Of a stretch of 64,000 nucleotides of DNA, positions 55,049 through 64,000 are shown piece by piece (the first letter of the stretch is position 1; every line of letters begins with the position of its first letter). Position numbers and translations under genes: made by a program. The notes under the pieces were generated by a model that ran no database searches, had not been told where the DNA came from, and saw only the letters and a program-made list of their open reading frames with translations. This DNA comes from a cyanobacterium endosymbiont of Rhopalodia gibba (GTDB lineage: Bacteria > Cyanobacteriota > Cyanobacteriia > Cyanobacteriales > Microcystaceae), in contig CP067995.1 of the NCBI GenBank assembly GCA_045159875.1, positions 960,001 through 1,024,000 of the forward strand, written 5' to 3'.

Positions 55049-56221
55049 TTAATATTGAGGAACATCAGGATCAACTTCTTTACTCCAAGCTGTAATTCCA
55101 CCTTTAACATTGGTTCCTAAAATCCCCTTTTCCCTGAGAATTCCTAACGCTTTAGCTGACCGTCCTCCTGTTTTACAATGGGCAATAATTTTTTTATTTT
55201 GTGATAATCTACAGATTTTTTCTACTCCTTTTCCATCTTCAATATCTGGTAAAGGAACTAAAATTGACCCTGGAATTTTAGATATCTCGTACTCGTTGAC
55301 ATTACGAACGTCAATTAAGACAAAAGTATCCGTACTATAATCAATTAGGTCTTTTAATTCTTTAACGGTAATTTCAGGAATAGTTGCTTTTTCCTTTGCT
55401 TCCACTGCTTGTGCTTGAGGAATTCCACAGAATTGTTCGTAGTCGATGAGTTTATTAATCAGCGGCCGTTTAGGGTTAGGTCGTAATGTTAACTCACGGA
55501 ATTTCATATCCCAGGCATTATAAAGCAATAAACGTCCACTGAGAGTATTTTCTGCTCCTAGGACAATCTTAATAGCTTCAGTGGCTTGGATTGTTCCAAT
55601 AATGCCACAAAGTACACCTAAAACTCCCCCTTCTGCACAAGAAGGAACCATTCCAGGAGGTGGGGGTTCGGGATATAAGTCACGGTAGTTGGGACCTCCT
55701 TGGTAGTTAAAGACTGTTGCTTGTCCTTCGAAGCGAAAGATCGACCCATAGATATTAGGTTTATTAAGTAAAACACAAGCATCATTAGTCAAATACCGAG
55801 TGGGGAAATTATCTGTCCCATCGATAACAACATCATAGGGCTTAAGAATTTCTAGTGCATTTTCTGAAGATAAGTGAGTTTCATATAAATTCACCTGACA
55901 GTAGGGGTTAATCTGTAAAATTCGGTCTTTTGCTGATTGAACTTTCGGTTTTCCTACCCAAGATGTCCCATGAATGATTTGACGTTGTAAGTTAGAACTA
56001 TCAACAATATCAAAGTCAACAATTCCAATACATCCAATTCCGGCGGCCGCTAAGTACAAGAGTAAAGGAGATCCGAGTCCCCCTGTTCCTATACACAGAA
56101 TACTGGCTGCCTTGAGGCATTTTTGGCCATCTAGTCCTACTTCTGGAAGAATAATGTGACGAGAGTATCTTTGAAACTCTTCTTTATCGAGTTCGATTTC
56201 TTGTAAATTGGGATTTAGCAT
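55049..56221 (-). CDS. moeB: Molybdopterin-synthase adenylyltransferase MoeB with C-terminal rhodanese domain (MoeZ/MoeBR type)
   Basis: RYSRHIILPEVG, GTGGLGS, SNLQRQ, DGTDNFPTRY, PSCAEGGV and rhodanese HCKTGGRS. Confidence 0.95.
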   Translation of the reverse strand: MLNPNLQEIELDKEEFQRYSRHIILPEVGLDGQKCLKAASILCIGTGGLGSPLLLYLAAAGIGCIGIVDFDIVDSSNLQRQIIHGTSWVGKPKVQSAKDRILQINPYCQVNLYETHLSSENALEILKPYDVVIDGTDNFPTRYLTNDACVLLNKPNIYGSIFRFEGQATVFNYQGGPNYRDLYPEPPPPGMVPSCAEGGVLGVLCGIIGTIQATEAIKIVLGAENTLSGRLLLYNAWDMKFRELTLRPNPKRPLINKLIDYEQFCGIPQAQAVEAKEKATIPEITVKELKDLIDYSTDTFVLIDVRNVNEYEISKIPGSILVPLPDIEDGKGVEKICRLSQNKKIIAHCKTGGRSAKALGILREKGILGTNVKGGITAWSKEVDPDVPQY

Positions 56222-56442
56222 GGACGTCGCCTGACTAATTAAGCGTCACGTTAGTTTCTTGATAGGCACTCAACCAGTCATTGTAGCAGATCTTTTCGAA
56301 CTGAATATCTACATCTAGGAAAACTTTAGTTTATACTCCTGTTTTATTAACTTTAATTAACATTTCTTTGCTCAACTATTCAAAAGTCAATTTTTTTCCT
56401 AAGCTATAATTAGCGATCATTTTAATAGACATTAAATCTTTA

Positions 56443-57846
56443 ATGGATTTAAAATTACCCATGATTAGTCAGGAAAAAAAATTGACTTTCAGCACAAAAT
56501 TTTTCTATGGAATTGGAGAATTAAGCGGATCTCTTCCTAGTAATATTTTAATTTTCTTCTTTCTATTTTTCTTGACTAATGTAGCTGGTTTAAGTCCTGG
56601 TTTGGCGGGATTGATGATGTTGGTAGGTAAAGTATGGGATGCAATTAATGATCCAGTCATTGGTTGGTTGAGCGATCATACTTGTTCTCGTTGGGGAAGA
56701 CGATATCCTTGGATGTTATTTGGATCAGTTCCTTTAGGAATAACTTCTATTTTATTGTGGGTCGTTCCTCCTACTACTAATCAGCTACTTTTATTTACTT
56801 ATTATGGAGTGGTTTCTTTCTTATTTTATATAGCTTTTACAGCAGTTCTTTTACCTTATGGAACTTTATCTGCTGAGTTAACACAAGGGTATGACGAACG
56901 TACAAGTTTAATTAGTTTTCGCTCAGCCTTTAGTATTGGTGGTAGTATTTTTTCTTTAGCTTTAGCACAAATAATTTTCTCAAAAAATTATAATATAAAA
57001 CAACAGTATTTGTTAATAGGATTGATTTGTGGGTTGCTCGCAATGCTGATGATATATATCAGTGTTTGGGGAACTTATCATCGTTACCATCAAGTGCAAC
57101 AAAAACATCTAAAAAGGAATAAAACTTCTACCCTATCTTTTAAAGAACAATTATACTTAGCCTTTGATAATCGTCCTTTTTTATATGTTATGGGGATTTA
57201 TCTTTGTTCTTGGTTGAGTGTGCAAATTATTGCATCAACTATTCCTTTTTTTATAATTAATTGTATGAAATTACCAAAAATCTACGTCACTCAAATTGCT
57301 ATTACAGTTCAAGCTACAGCATTTTTTGTACTATTTTTTTTAAATTTTATAAGTAAGAAACTTGAAAAGAAAAATATATTTTTTTTAGGAATACCATCTA
57401 TAATTATTGCAGGATTAGGACTGTTTTTTCTACAATCAGGACAGGTAGTATTACTGTACATTCTTGCTGTTATGGCTGGTATCGGAGTTGCAACTGCTTA
57501 TATTGTTCCTTGGTCAATGTTGCCGGATGTGATAGATTTAGATGAATTAAATACTGGAGAAAGACGAGAAGGTATTTTTTTTGGCGTGGTGGTACAGTTA
57601 CAAAAAATAGGAGTTGCCTTAGCCTTGTTTTTTGTCGGTCAAATCTTAGATTGGTCAGGGTATATTAGTTTCGGTGAAGGAGTACAACCAGAGTCAGCTC
57701 TATGGGCAATTCGGATTATTATCGGCCCTATTTCTGCAGGAATTTTATTCATGGGATTAGTTTTAGCCTATTTTTATCCAATTACTCGACAAGTTCACCA
57801 GGAAATATTACTTAAACTTAGTTATCATCATGCCTATCTTAAATAG
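56443..57846 (+). CDS. MFS glycoside-pentoside-hexuronide (MelB-like) sugar:cation symporter
   Basis: WDAINDPVIGWLSD..SRWGRRYPW, ELTQGYDERTSL and PWSMLPDVID.DEL.TG.RREG; about 12 TM helices. Confidence 0.92.
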   Translation: MDLKLPMISQEKKLTFSTKFFYGIGELSGSLPSNILIFFFLFFLTNVAGLSPGLAGLMMLVGKVWDAINDPVIGWLSDHTCSRWGRRYPWMLFGSVPLGITSILLWVVPPTTNQLLLFTYYGVVSFLFYIAFTAVLLPYGTLSAELTQGYDERTSLISFRSAFSIGGSIFSLALAQIIFSKNYNIKQQYLLIGLICGLLAMLMIYISVWGTYHRYHQVQQKHLKRNKTSTLSFKEQLYLAFDNRPFLYVMGIYLCSWLSVQIIASTIPFFIINCMKLPKIYVTQIAITVQATAFFVLFFLNFISKKLEKKNIFFLGIPSIIIAGLGLFFLQSGQVVLLYILAVMAGIGVATAYIVPWSMLPDVIDLDELNTGERREGIFFGVVVQLQKIGVALALFFVGQILDWSGYISFGEGVQPESALWAIRIIIGPISAGILFMGLVLAYFYPITRQVHQEILLKLSYHHAYLK

Positions 57847-58014
57847 TCTTAAAAGAATACTTGACTTAAAACTAAGTTACTTTAAGTTTTAATCAACTAT
57901 CTAAAAAAAAATTAATTGACGTCAACTACTTCCTAATGCAGCAAGAGATAACATCTACTGTCGTTAGATAATTTAGAATTGATTCACTTTCAATGAACAA
58001 TGGCTTAATTGTAA

Positions 58015-58488
58015 TCAACTATTGATAATTTTTATATCTTCATGTTGGAAATTTTTCGTATCATCTAATTGCCAACTTGTAACTCCATTGACTTGATTTG
58101 AGGTAGTTGAAACAATAATATATGAATATTCAGCCCAAGCGATTGCCCGATCAAATTCTGAGGGAATGGCTATATGATTAGGATGAGAATGGTAAATACC
58201 AATAATCTGCAATTGGCGATTACGGGCTTCTTTCTGTATTTTTACCAGTATTGACGGAGCAATACTAAAACGGTTGTATTTGCTTAAATATTTTTGAGAA
58301 TTATCAGTATTATTGGATAATATCTTGTTTTCTTCGAGAGTCCAATTGTTTTTTGTTGGAAAAACTTCAATTATTTGTTTGTGATTGTTTTTAATAACAC
58401 CAAGAAGTAAACCACAACATTCTTCTGGATAAATTATAAAGGCGTGGTTATAAATCTGATTTAGGTGCTTTAAAGTAATAAAAATCAC
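58015..58488 (-). CDS. M67 (JAMM/MPN+) metallopeptidase
   Basis: YPEECCGLLLG and the JAMM motif IYHSHP....PSEFD. Confidence 0.92.
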   Translation of the reverse strand: MIFITLKHLNQIYNHAFIIYPEECCGLLLGVIKNNHKQIIEVFPTKNNWTLEENKILSNNTDNSQKYLSKYNRFSIAPSILVKIQKEARNRQLQIIGIYHSHPNHIAIPSEFDRAIAWAEYSYIIVSTTSNQVNGVTSWQLDDTKNFQHEDIKIINS

Positions 58489-58719
58489 AACGTTCAGTTT
58501 TAAGTTAAATTAAGATTATTGTAGTGTAAATCAAAAAAAATTACAGTCTTGACTCCTAAATTAATTGTTAGTTGGTTATTCATCTTGACGGACCTCACCT
58601 AATCTTAATCCTCAACGGAGAGGTCAAGTCGTCAAAGATTTTGGTATGGTTACAATTAATGAGTCTTTTGGCTATCAATTAGGAGTACGGGAGCATGATT
58701 TTGGAGGTAATGAAAATTC

Positions 58720-59055
58720 ATGGATAGTAATGACTGGATGAAACAGTTATTGTTGGTAGGAATCGGCACAACCTCACTAGTTGCTGAAAAAATAAAAGAG
58801 GTGAGTGATCAGTGGGTTAAGGATGGCAGAATCAATTCGGAAGAAGCTCAAGGATTTGTTGAGGATATAATACAACAGATTAGAGCAGGACAAGGTAACT
58901 TTGAAAGTACGATGGAACGTCAATTACGAAACATGCTACAGGATTTAGGCGTTCCTCGTCAGTCCGAAATGGATGAATTGCGTGGGCGTATTGATCGTTT
59001 AGAACGTCAAATTAGAGATTTAGACAAAAAATATGGCGTTAGGTCAAACACCTAA
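58720..59055 (+). CDS. Phasin-family (polyhydroxyalkanoate granule-associated-like) protein
   Basis: LLLVGIGTTSLVAEK...WVKDGRIN.EEA...LGVPRQSEMDELRGRIDRLE. Confidence 0.8.
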   Translation: MDSNDWMKQLLLVGIGTTSLVAEKIKEVSDQWVKDGRINSEEAQGFVEDIIQQIRAGQGNFESTMERQLRNMLQDLGVPRQSEMDELRGRIDRLERQIRDLDKKYGVRSNT

Positions 59056-59074
59056 GATTTTAAAAAAGAATTAT

Positions 59075-59482
59075 GCTGTAAATTAGCATTATTTTGGGTA
59101 TTATTGCCGCTTTTAATTTATTATTGTCGGCAATATTTTTGTTTAACACGCCAGACAAAATACAGGCAATCACCGAAGGTAAGTTTTCAATGATTACTTT
59201 TCCAACAAATGGAGAATTGTCACAAATAATCTTAAATATTTTAATCAAGGGAATCAACGAAATGTAGCTAAAAAATGCTGTTAAAACCGATTATGGACTT
59301 CAATCCGTTAAAATTAAAGAAGAGATAAAAGATTTTCTAAGTAAAAGTCAGACACTGACGACATACCATATGGAAATCCTAGAGAATGGGAAAAAAATTT
59401 GATGATTTCTGTGATTGTGGCTGACTCTTATTCTTCAAAATCGCTGTGTAACAAGTGATTGAAGTGTGGGAAAGAGGGGAGG
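59075..59482 (+). pseudogene. FKBP-type peptidyl-prolyl isomerase pseudogene, 3' truncated
   Basis: An N-terminal hydrophobic helix, then NAVKTDYGLQ...SQTLTTYH.EILENGKK(F)D...FFKIAV*QVIEVWERG, a decayed TxSGLQY...HYTGTLENGKKFDSS...FKIGVGQVIKGWDEG. Boundaries are approximate. Confidence 0.75.
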
Positions 59483-59709
59483 AGTAATGCTACCTCAGTT
59501 TTTGATTTAGGATTGTTGAGGAGAAAATTAGCTTTTCCTATTTAAATAGAAATTTAAAATGTTTAATGACTTAAACTGTCCCTCGATCTTTTCTAAACTT
59601 AAGAGAAGTTCTGGTCAAGTCTCTTCATTAATCCGGGTAGGACCGAAAATTTCTCAGAATTTGTTAATAATCTATTCCTCTATCATTGACATTTTGTCCA
59701 TAAGTCTTA

Positions 59710-59990
59710 AGACAAGATTTTTTATTGACGTGGAATAACTAGCTTGTTAAAGCTATAATTCCTATCTTTAGCTTAAAGTTGGGTAGATTCTCTGCAACAA
59801 CATCTGCCCGCTAGATGTGATAAAAGTACTAAAGTTCCAATTAACTCAACCCCTATGCACCGAAGACGATGGGAAAAAACTGTCTTAACCCTTTATAAGG
59901 AACCTGGTCCTTTGTTTTAAGTCTTGCATATTTTTCAGGGTCTCATTGAGCTCGAAGAGGACGTAGGTTTTGCTTAAAAGATTTAGCCAT
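59710..59990 (-). pseudogene. DUF3493-family pseudogene
   Basis: MAKSFKQNLRPLRAQ*DPEKYARLK....PYKGLRQFF..VFGA*G...NLPNF.LKIGIIAL, with stops and frameshifts. Confidence 0.7.
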
Positions 59991-60058
59991 TAGAGGGCTC
60001 GGGTGAAAGTTATTACTGTTTAGTCTAATCATTTGCGATATACTGTGTAGTTGGCAGT

Positions 60059-60130
60059 GCCGATGTAGCTCAGTGGTAGAGCATTCGATTCGTAATCGAA
60101 CGGTCGGCGGTTCAAATCCGCTCATCGGCT
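60059..60130 (+). tRNA. trnT: tRNA-Thr (CGT)
   Basis: Acceptor GCCGATG/CATCGGC, D arm AGCTCAGTGGTAGAGC, anticodon stem TTCGA/TCGAA with loop TT-CGT-AA, and T loop GGTTCAAATCC. Confidence 0.96.
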
Positions 60131-60894
60131 TTAAGAGAGAATAAAGACTTTACTAGTTTGTTACCATGAAATTGAAAGCCAAGTAAAAATCTCAATAGAG
60201 TATATCTATTTTAATAAAATAGAGATATAAATTCAGGTTGTAGGAACGAAAATTAGTGATTAAACAATCCTTCAGTCAGTAGCTAGGTTAGAATCATAGG
60301 CAAAGTTTTTATCATGGAAAGTCAGTTTATTTCTCTAGGATGGAGTCCTTCTGCTCACAGCATCTCCAAAATTTATGTAAAATCTCTTTAGGGGAGATAA
60401 CAAGAAAGTAAAACTTTCTAGAATGAACTCTATAAAGCAATCCTAACGCTAATTCAAATTAGAAAATATTAGTTTGGGAAAATATAGAGCAACTTTAGTC
60501 TGTTCTCATTTCCCATCTAAAATAGAAAGCATGTAGAACCTCGAAAGTCTTCTCCCATAGTTGAGTTTTATTATCCTCGTTGTTTACCCGTGACTTTGGT
60601 CAGGTTTATGTCTAACGCAATGATCACCAATCAATTTTAGCTCGTATATAGAAGAGAATGGGATAGCATCTTTTTGACTAGTCCCAAGTTTTTATTCTTA
60701 CAATGAACAAGCTTAGTTCAATCACTATAACCTATTACAAACCATCTCAAAACGTAGACTTGATGAAATTCTCTTTGAGGTCGTTCAGTTAATTGGCAAA
60801 AAATATTGGGTTTGTTCTTCTCTCCGTACACAGTTTCAAATATTTTTTCTCAAATCAGAAAATCCTATATAAGGTTTTTGATGGAGGAGTTAAG

Positions 60895-61895
60895 GTGAAC
60901 CAAATTGGATTAATTGCCATTGGACGCAATGAAGAAAAAAGGCTACGTCGGTACTTATAATCAGCAGTTAATCAAGTATATTATCTAGTTTGTGTTAATT
61001 TAGGATAAACTGATAATAATGTAGACTTAGCGTGATCACTAGAGGTTGAAGTAGTTTAATTAGATTTATCTGTTCTCTTTACTACCGCCCGTGCCAGAAA
61101 TGAAGGATTTAATCGCTTCGTGGAAATTAATATTTAATATTTGTTCAATTTGTAGATAGAGACTATGAAATTGTTGACAGTTGGTTAAACTTAGCAAAAC
61201 AAAACTGGAACAACAAGAGCAAGTAACTGTAGTTTGCCGCTGCTGACAAAAACACTATCATTATCAGTCTATATATAATAATAGTGTGATATGGAATGGG
61301 TTTCCCCTACTGGGGAAACTAAGGCTTGTAGGGGAAATTCAATGATGCGAGTTAAAGCATATTAACAAGTAGAAGGTTTTAATATCTCAATGATTGCCAG
61401 AGAAGAATCTGAACTATGTATGAGACTACGACAACAGGGATGGAAAATTCTTCGTATTGATGGGGAAATGACCGAGTTGAGTCAATGCTGGAAACGGAGT
61501 GTTCGCGCTGGAAACGTCTACGAAGAAGAGGGATGATTACATAGGAAAAATACTGAAAAGTATTCTATTAAAGAAAGTCGCAGTATTTAGTTTTGGGGAA
61601 TAATTTTATCTTTGACAGCTTTGGAATTAGCTCTTTTAACAACTCACTTGAGTTTACTACCACTTGGTGGTTATCCTGTCCTAACTTATTGGATTTATCG
61701 TCGTCAACAACAAGAGGGATTGAGTTCTAAACAAGCATGGCTTTATAGTGCTTTTTGCCTTTTAGGAAAGTTTGCCAGTGTTCAATGTTAAGATGGCTTT
61801 TCACAAAAGTCGTTTGTTAGAAAAAAAGACAGTATTGATTAAATATAAAAGAGCCACTTCGAGTATTCTCTCTCCATGTGAGATATGGAGTAGAT
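60895..61895 (+). pseudogene. Glycosyltransferase family 2 pseudogene
   Basis: After a GGAGG RBS: (M)NQIGLIAIGRNEEKRLRRYL*...LDLSVLFTTARARNEGF...CDMEW..PTGETKAC.GNSMMR...MIAREESELCMRLRQQGWKILRIDGEMT, with many stops. Confidence 0.85.
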
Positions 61896-62193
61896 AGTCT
61901 CTAGAACAGGTTTTATACTCATAATTTTTCTGACACAAAGAATTCCTGACACTTTTGTGTGGCTAATATTAGTATCTTTTTCTCGGTCTTAAATTATTTA
62001 GTGATTTCTCTATTTGTGGTAAACATAACTTTTAGTTTCTAACAATGTCAGAATTGTACTTTATAGCTTTGAAAAACTACATATTTTAATTACTTTTTCA
62101 AAGTACAGATAAGTTAAGTTACATAAAGTTCCAAACCTAATTTATATGTTTAAATTCAAAAATAGATAGGGAAAACAAATTTCCTAGTTTAAG

Positions 62194-62942
62194 ATAGATA
62201 CAGTTAACATTTTTAATATTGCTATTCATAATTTCTCTATAGTCAGAGTTATTAGAAAATCTTGATAGCTTGGGAGAGTTTATCTTAACACCTAATGTAG
62301 ATCATGTAATAAAATTACGCATGCCTCCTGAACTACAAGAGGCTTATTGAGAGTCTAACTACTGAGTGTGCGACAGCAAGATTGTTCAACATGCCTTTAA
62401 ATTTTGGGAAATTCTCTTGTAGAAAAAACTTCTGGTTCGGACTTATTTCCTACTTTTTATAAAAAAATAGAGATAATTTAAGTATTAAGATATTTTTCCT
62501 CGTGTCTAAAAAAGGAATCACCCGACAAGCTCAAAATAAAATTAATCAAAAACTGGGGCGTGAGATTATTATTCTCCCACGGTTGGTTTCGAGAAAGATG
62601 ATAGGGAATGCGAGAAGATCTTATAAAAAATTTGTACCTCAGGAGAAACAGTTTTAGCTGTCGGTTTAAGAGCTCCTAAACAGGAAAAGTAGATTAGCAA
62701 ATCCTAAAAAAAACTATCCAATGTTAGAATTTTTCCAGCAATTGGAGTAACTATTGACTTTGAAGTAGGTTATAAACTCCGTTCACCAAAATGGATGAGT
62801 GAGGTGGAACTAGAATGATTATACCGTCTTTATTTTTGCCCCTAAACGTCTTTGAAAGTAGTATTGAGTTGAATCTATTTCTTCTTTTTGGTTTATTTTT
62901 AAACAGAAACTACGATTAATTTTAAAAACTTCTTTCTACTAG
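62194..62942 (+). pseudogene. WecB/TagA/CpsF family glycosyltransferase pseudogene
   Basis: VNIFNIAIHN...LTPNVDHVIKL...EKTSGSDLFP...VLAVGLRAPKQEK*I...AIGVTIDFE.G...RSPKWMSEVELE*LYRL; start codon decayed to ATA, many stops and frameshifts. Confidence 0.88.
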
Positions 62943-62991
62943 ACTTTAAGAAGTGTTTTGTCCTGAACTTTTGAGTCTCGAAATAATTAAC

Positions 62992-63052
62992 GGATTAGAT
63001 AAAAATAAAGTATGCTTGGTAATGCCAAGCATACTTTATTTTTATCTAATCC
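62992..63052. terminator. Long inverted repeat (28 bp perfect arms) at the 3' end of icd
   Basis: ggattagataaaaataaagtatgcttgg-taatg-ccaagcatactttatttttatctaatcc; one arm includes the icd stop codon. Confidence 0.8.
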
Positions 63053-64000
63053 ACAAAATGATCAATAATTGCCTGAGCAAACTCTGAACATTTTAAAGGA
63101 GAATCAACAGGAGGTTCTATTAACCTGGCTAAATCATAAGTTACTTCGCGGTTAGCGATCGCGTTGCCAATGCCTTTTTTAATCAAATCTGCTGCTTCTT
63201 GCCATCCCAGGTATTCTAACATCATTACCCCAGATAAAATCACTGAACCAGGATTAATTCTATCTAAACCGGCATGTTTGGGTGCAGTTCCGTGAGTAGC
63301 TTCAAAAATAGCACAAGTATCCCCGATATTAGCACCAGGTCCCATTCCTAAACCACCAACCACAGCAGCAGCAGCATCAGAGATATAGTCTCCATTTAGG
63401 TTCATAGTTGCAATGATAGAATATTCATCAGGACGGGTTTGAATTTGTTGGAAAATACTGTCAGCAATACGGTCGTTGACCATGATCTTATTCTTCCATT
63501 TTCCATTCCCGTGACTACCCCAAATTGACTCTAAAACCGATTTAACTTCAGCACATACTTCTTGTTTCTTTTCAGGAGTCAAAGACTCGTAGCCAGGTTC
63601 AACTTTGCGCGCATTATCTTCAATAAGAAGACCAGGATTACCTTCTTTATTGCTTAAAATCCAAGATTCTCGTTCTGTAACGCAGACATCTCGAAATTCG
63701 GTCGTAGCTAGTTCATAACCCCAGTCACGGAAAGCTCCCTCAGTATACTTCATTATATTCCCTTTATGGACTAAAGTAACCATTTGTTTAGTTTTGGGGA
63801 GACGTAATGCGTGCTCCATGGCACGGCGAACTAGTCGTTGAGAACCCGTTTTACTAATAGGTTTAATCCCAATTCCCGCGTCAAGGGGAATACGTTTTTT
63901 ACTATGTTCAGGGGTTGCAGGAATTAACTCATCATTGAGATATTTAATTAAATTTTGAGCAATTCCTGTGCCCTCACGCCATTCAATTCCTAAATAGATA
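63046..64000 (-). CDS. icd: NADP-dependent isocitrate dehydrogenase, 3' part; 5' end lies beyond the window
   Basis: The frame stays open to the window edge (IYLGIEW...[12 protein letters not shown]); [21 protein letters not shown] and [10 protein letters not shown]. Confidence 0.97.
   Translation of the reverse strand, partial: IYLGIEWREGTGIAQNLIKYLNDELIPATPEHSKKRIPLDAGIGIKPISKTGSQRLVRRAMEHALRLPKTKQMVTLVHKGNIMKYTEGAFRDWGYELATTEFRDVCVTERESWILSNKEGNPGLLIEDNARKVEPGYESLTPEKKQEVCAEVKSVLESIWGSHGNGKWKNKIMVNDRIADSIFQQIQTRPDEYSIIATMNLNGDYISDAAAAVVGGLGMGPGANIGDTCAIFEATHGTAPKHAGLDRINPGSVILSGVMMLEYLGWQEAADLIKKGIGNAIANREVTYDLARLIEPPVDSPLKCSEFAQAIIDHFVD

Noticed and set aside
2352..55340. Antisense or overlapping ORFs inside real genes (e.g. 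2352, 13837, 14445, 17444, 20007, 21868, 23633, 27452, 27716, 28296, 29666, 30802, 36534, 42570, 48233, 48321, 49079, 50722, 51785, 55110)
   Set aside because: Shadow frames of well-supported genes or tRNAs, with no independent coding evidence.
59943..60125. 60 aa ORF on the minus strand
   Set aside because: Its 5' half is the antisense of tRNA-Thr; only the last 15 codons belong to the DUF3493 pseudogene.
60059..62942. Genomic island or prophage integrated at tRNA-Thr
   Set aside because: No integrase, no duplicated tRNA 3' end and no phage genes were seen; the downstream remnants are ordinary cyanobacterial glycosyltransferases.

Overview
This is a 64 kb piece of an AT-rich cyanobacterial chromosome undergoing reductive evolution. 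Intact housekeeping genes of unicellular (Cyanothece/Crocosphaera-like) type include infC, msrA, cobI, a Zam-type RNase R, clpP, galE, bicA, the rplS-trnW-secE-nusG-rplKAJL cluster, accA, folE, rdgB, malQ, csaB, ffh, minCDE, moeB and a partial icd. They are separated by 1-2.5 kb very AT-rich gene deserts and at least 12 recognisable pseudogenes: trmFO, TIGR02652/DUF2396, two tandem DUF4327 copies, an M16 peptidase, an FKBP PPIase, DUF3493, GT2 and WecB/TagA glycosyltransferases, and three conserved hypotheticals. The pattern best fits a nitrogen-fixing cyanobacterial endosymbiont such as the spheroid body (diazoplast) of rhopalodiacean diatoms. That assignment is inference, not a database result. 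I found no CRISPR array, intact transposase, prophage or defence system. The most interesting non-coding signals are: (1) a GC-rich three-hairpin leader in front of an SDR-folE (pterin/folate) operon; (2) an iteron-like 4 x 22 bp perfect tandem repeat next to a 32 bp perfect palindrome; (3) a long stem-loop upstream of the RNase R-like gene; (4) a probable ACG start for infC; (5) a lipoprotein whose signal peptide is out of frame at an A10 tract; and (6) many unusually perfect inverted repeats surviving in decayed spacers. All family assignments are by motif recognition from memory and need HMM/BLAST confirmation.
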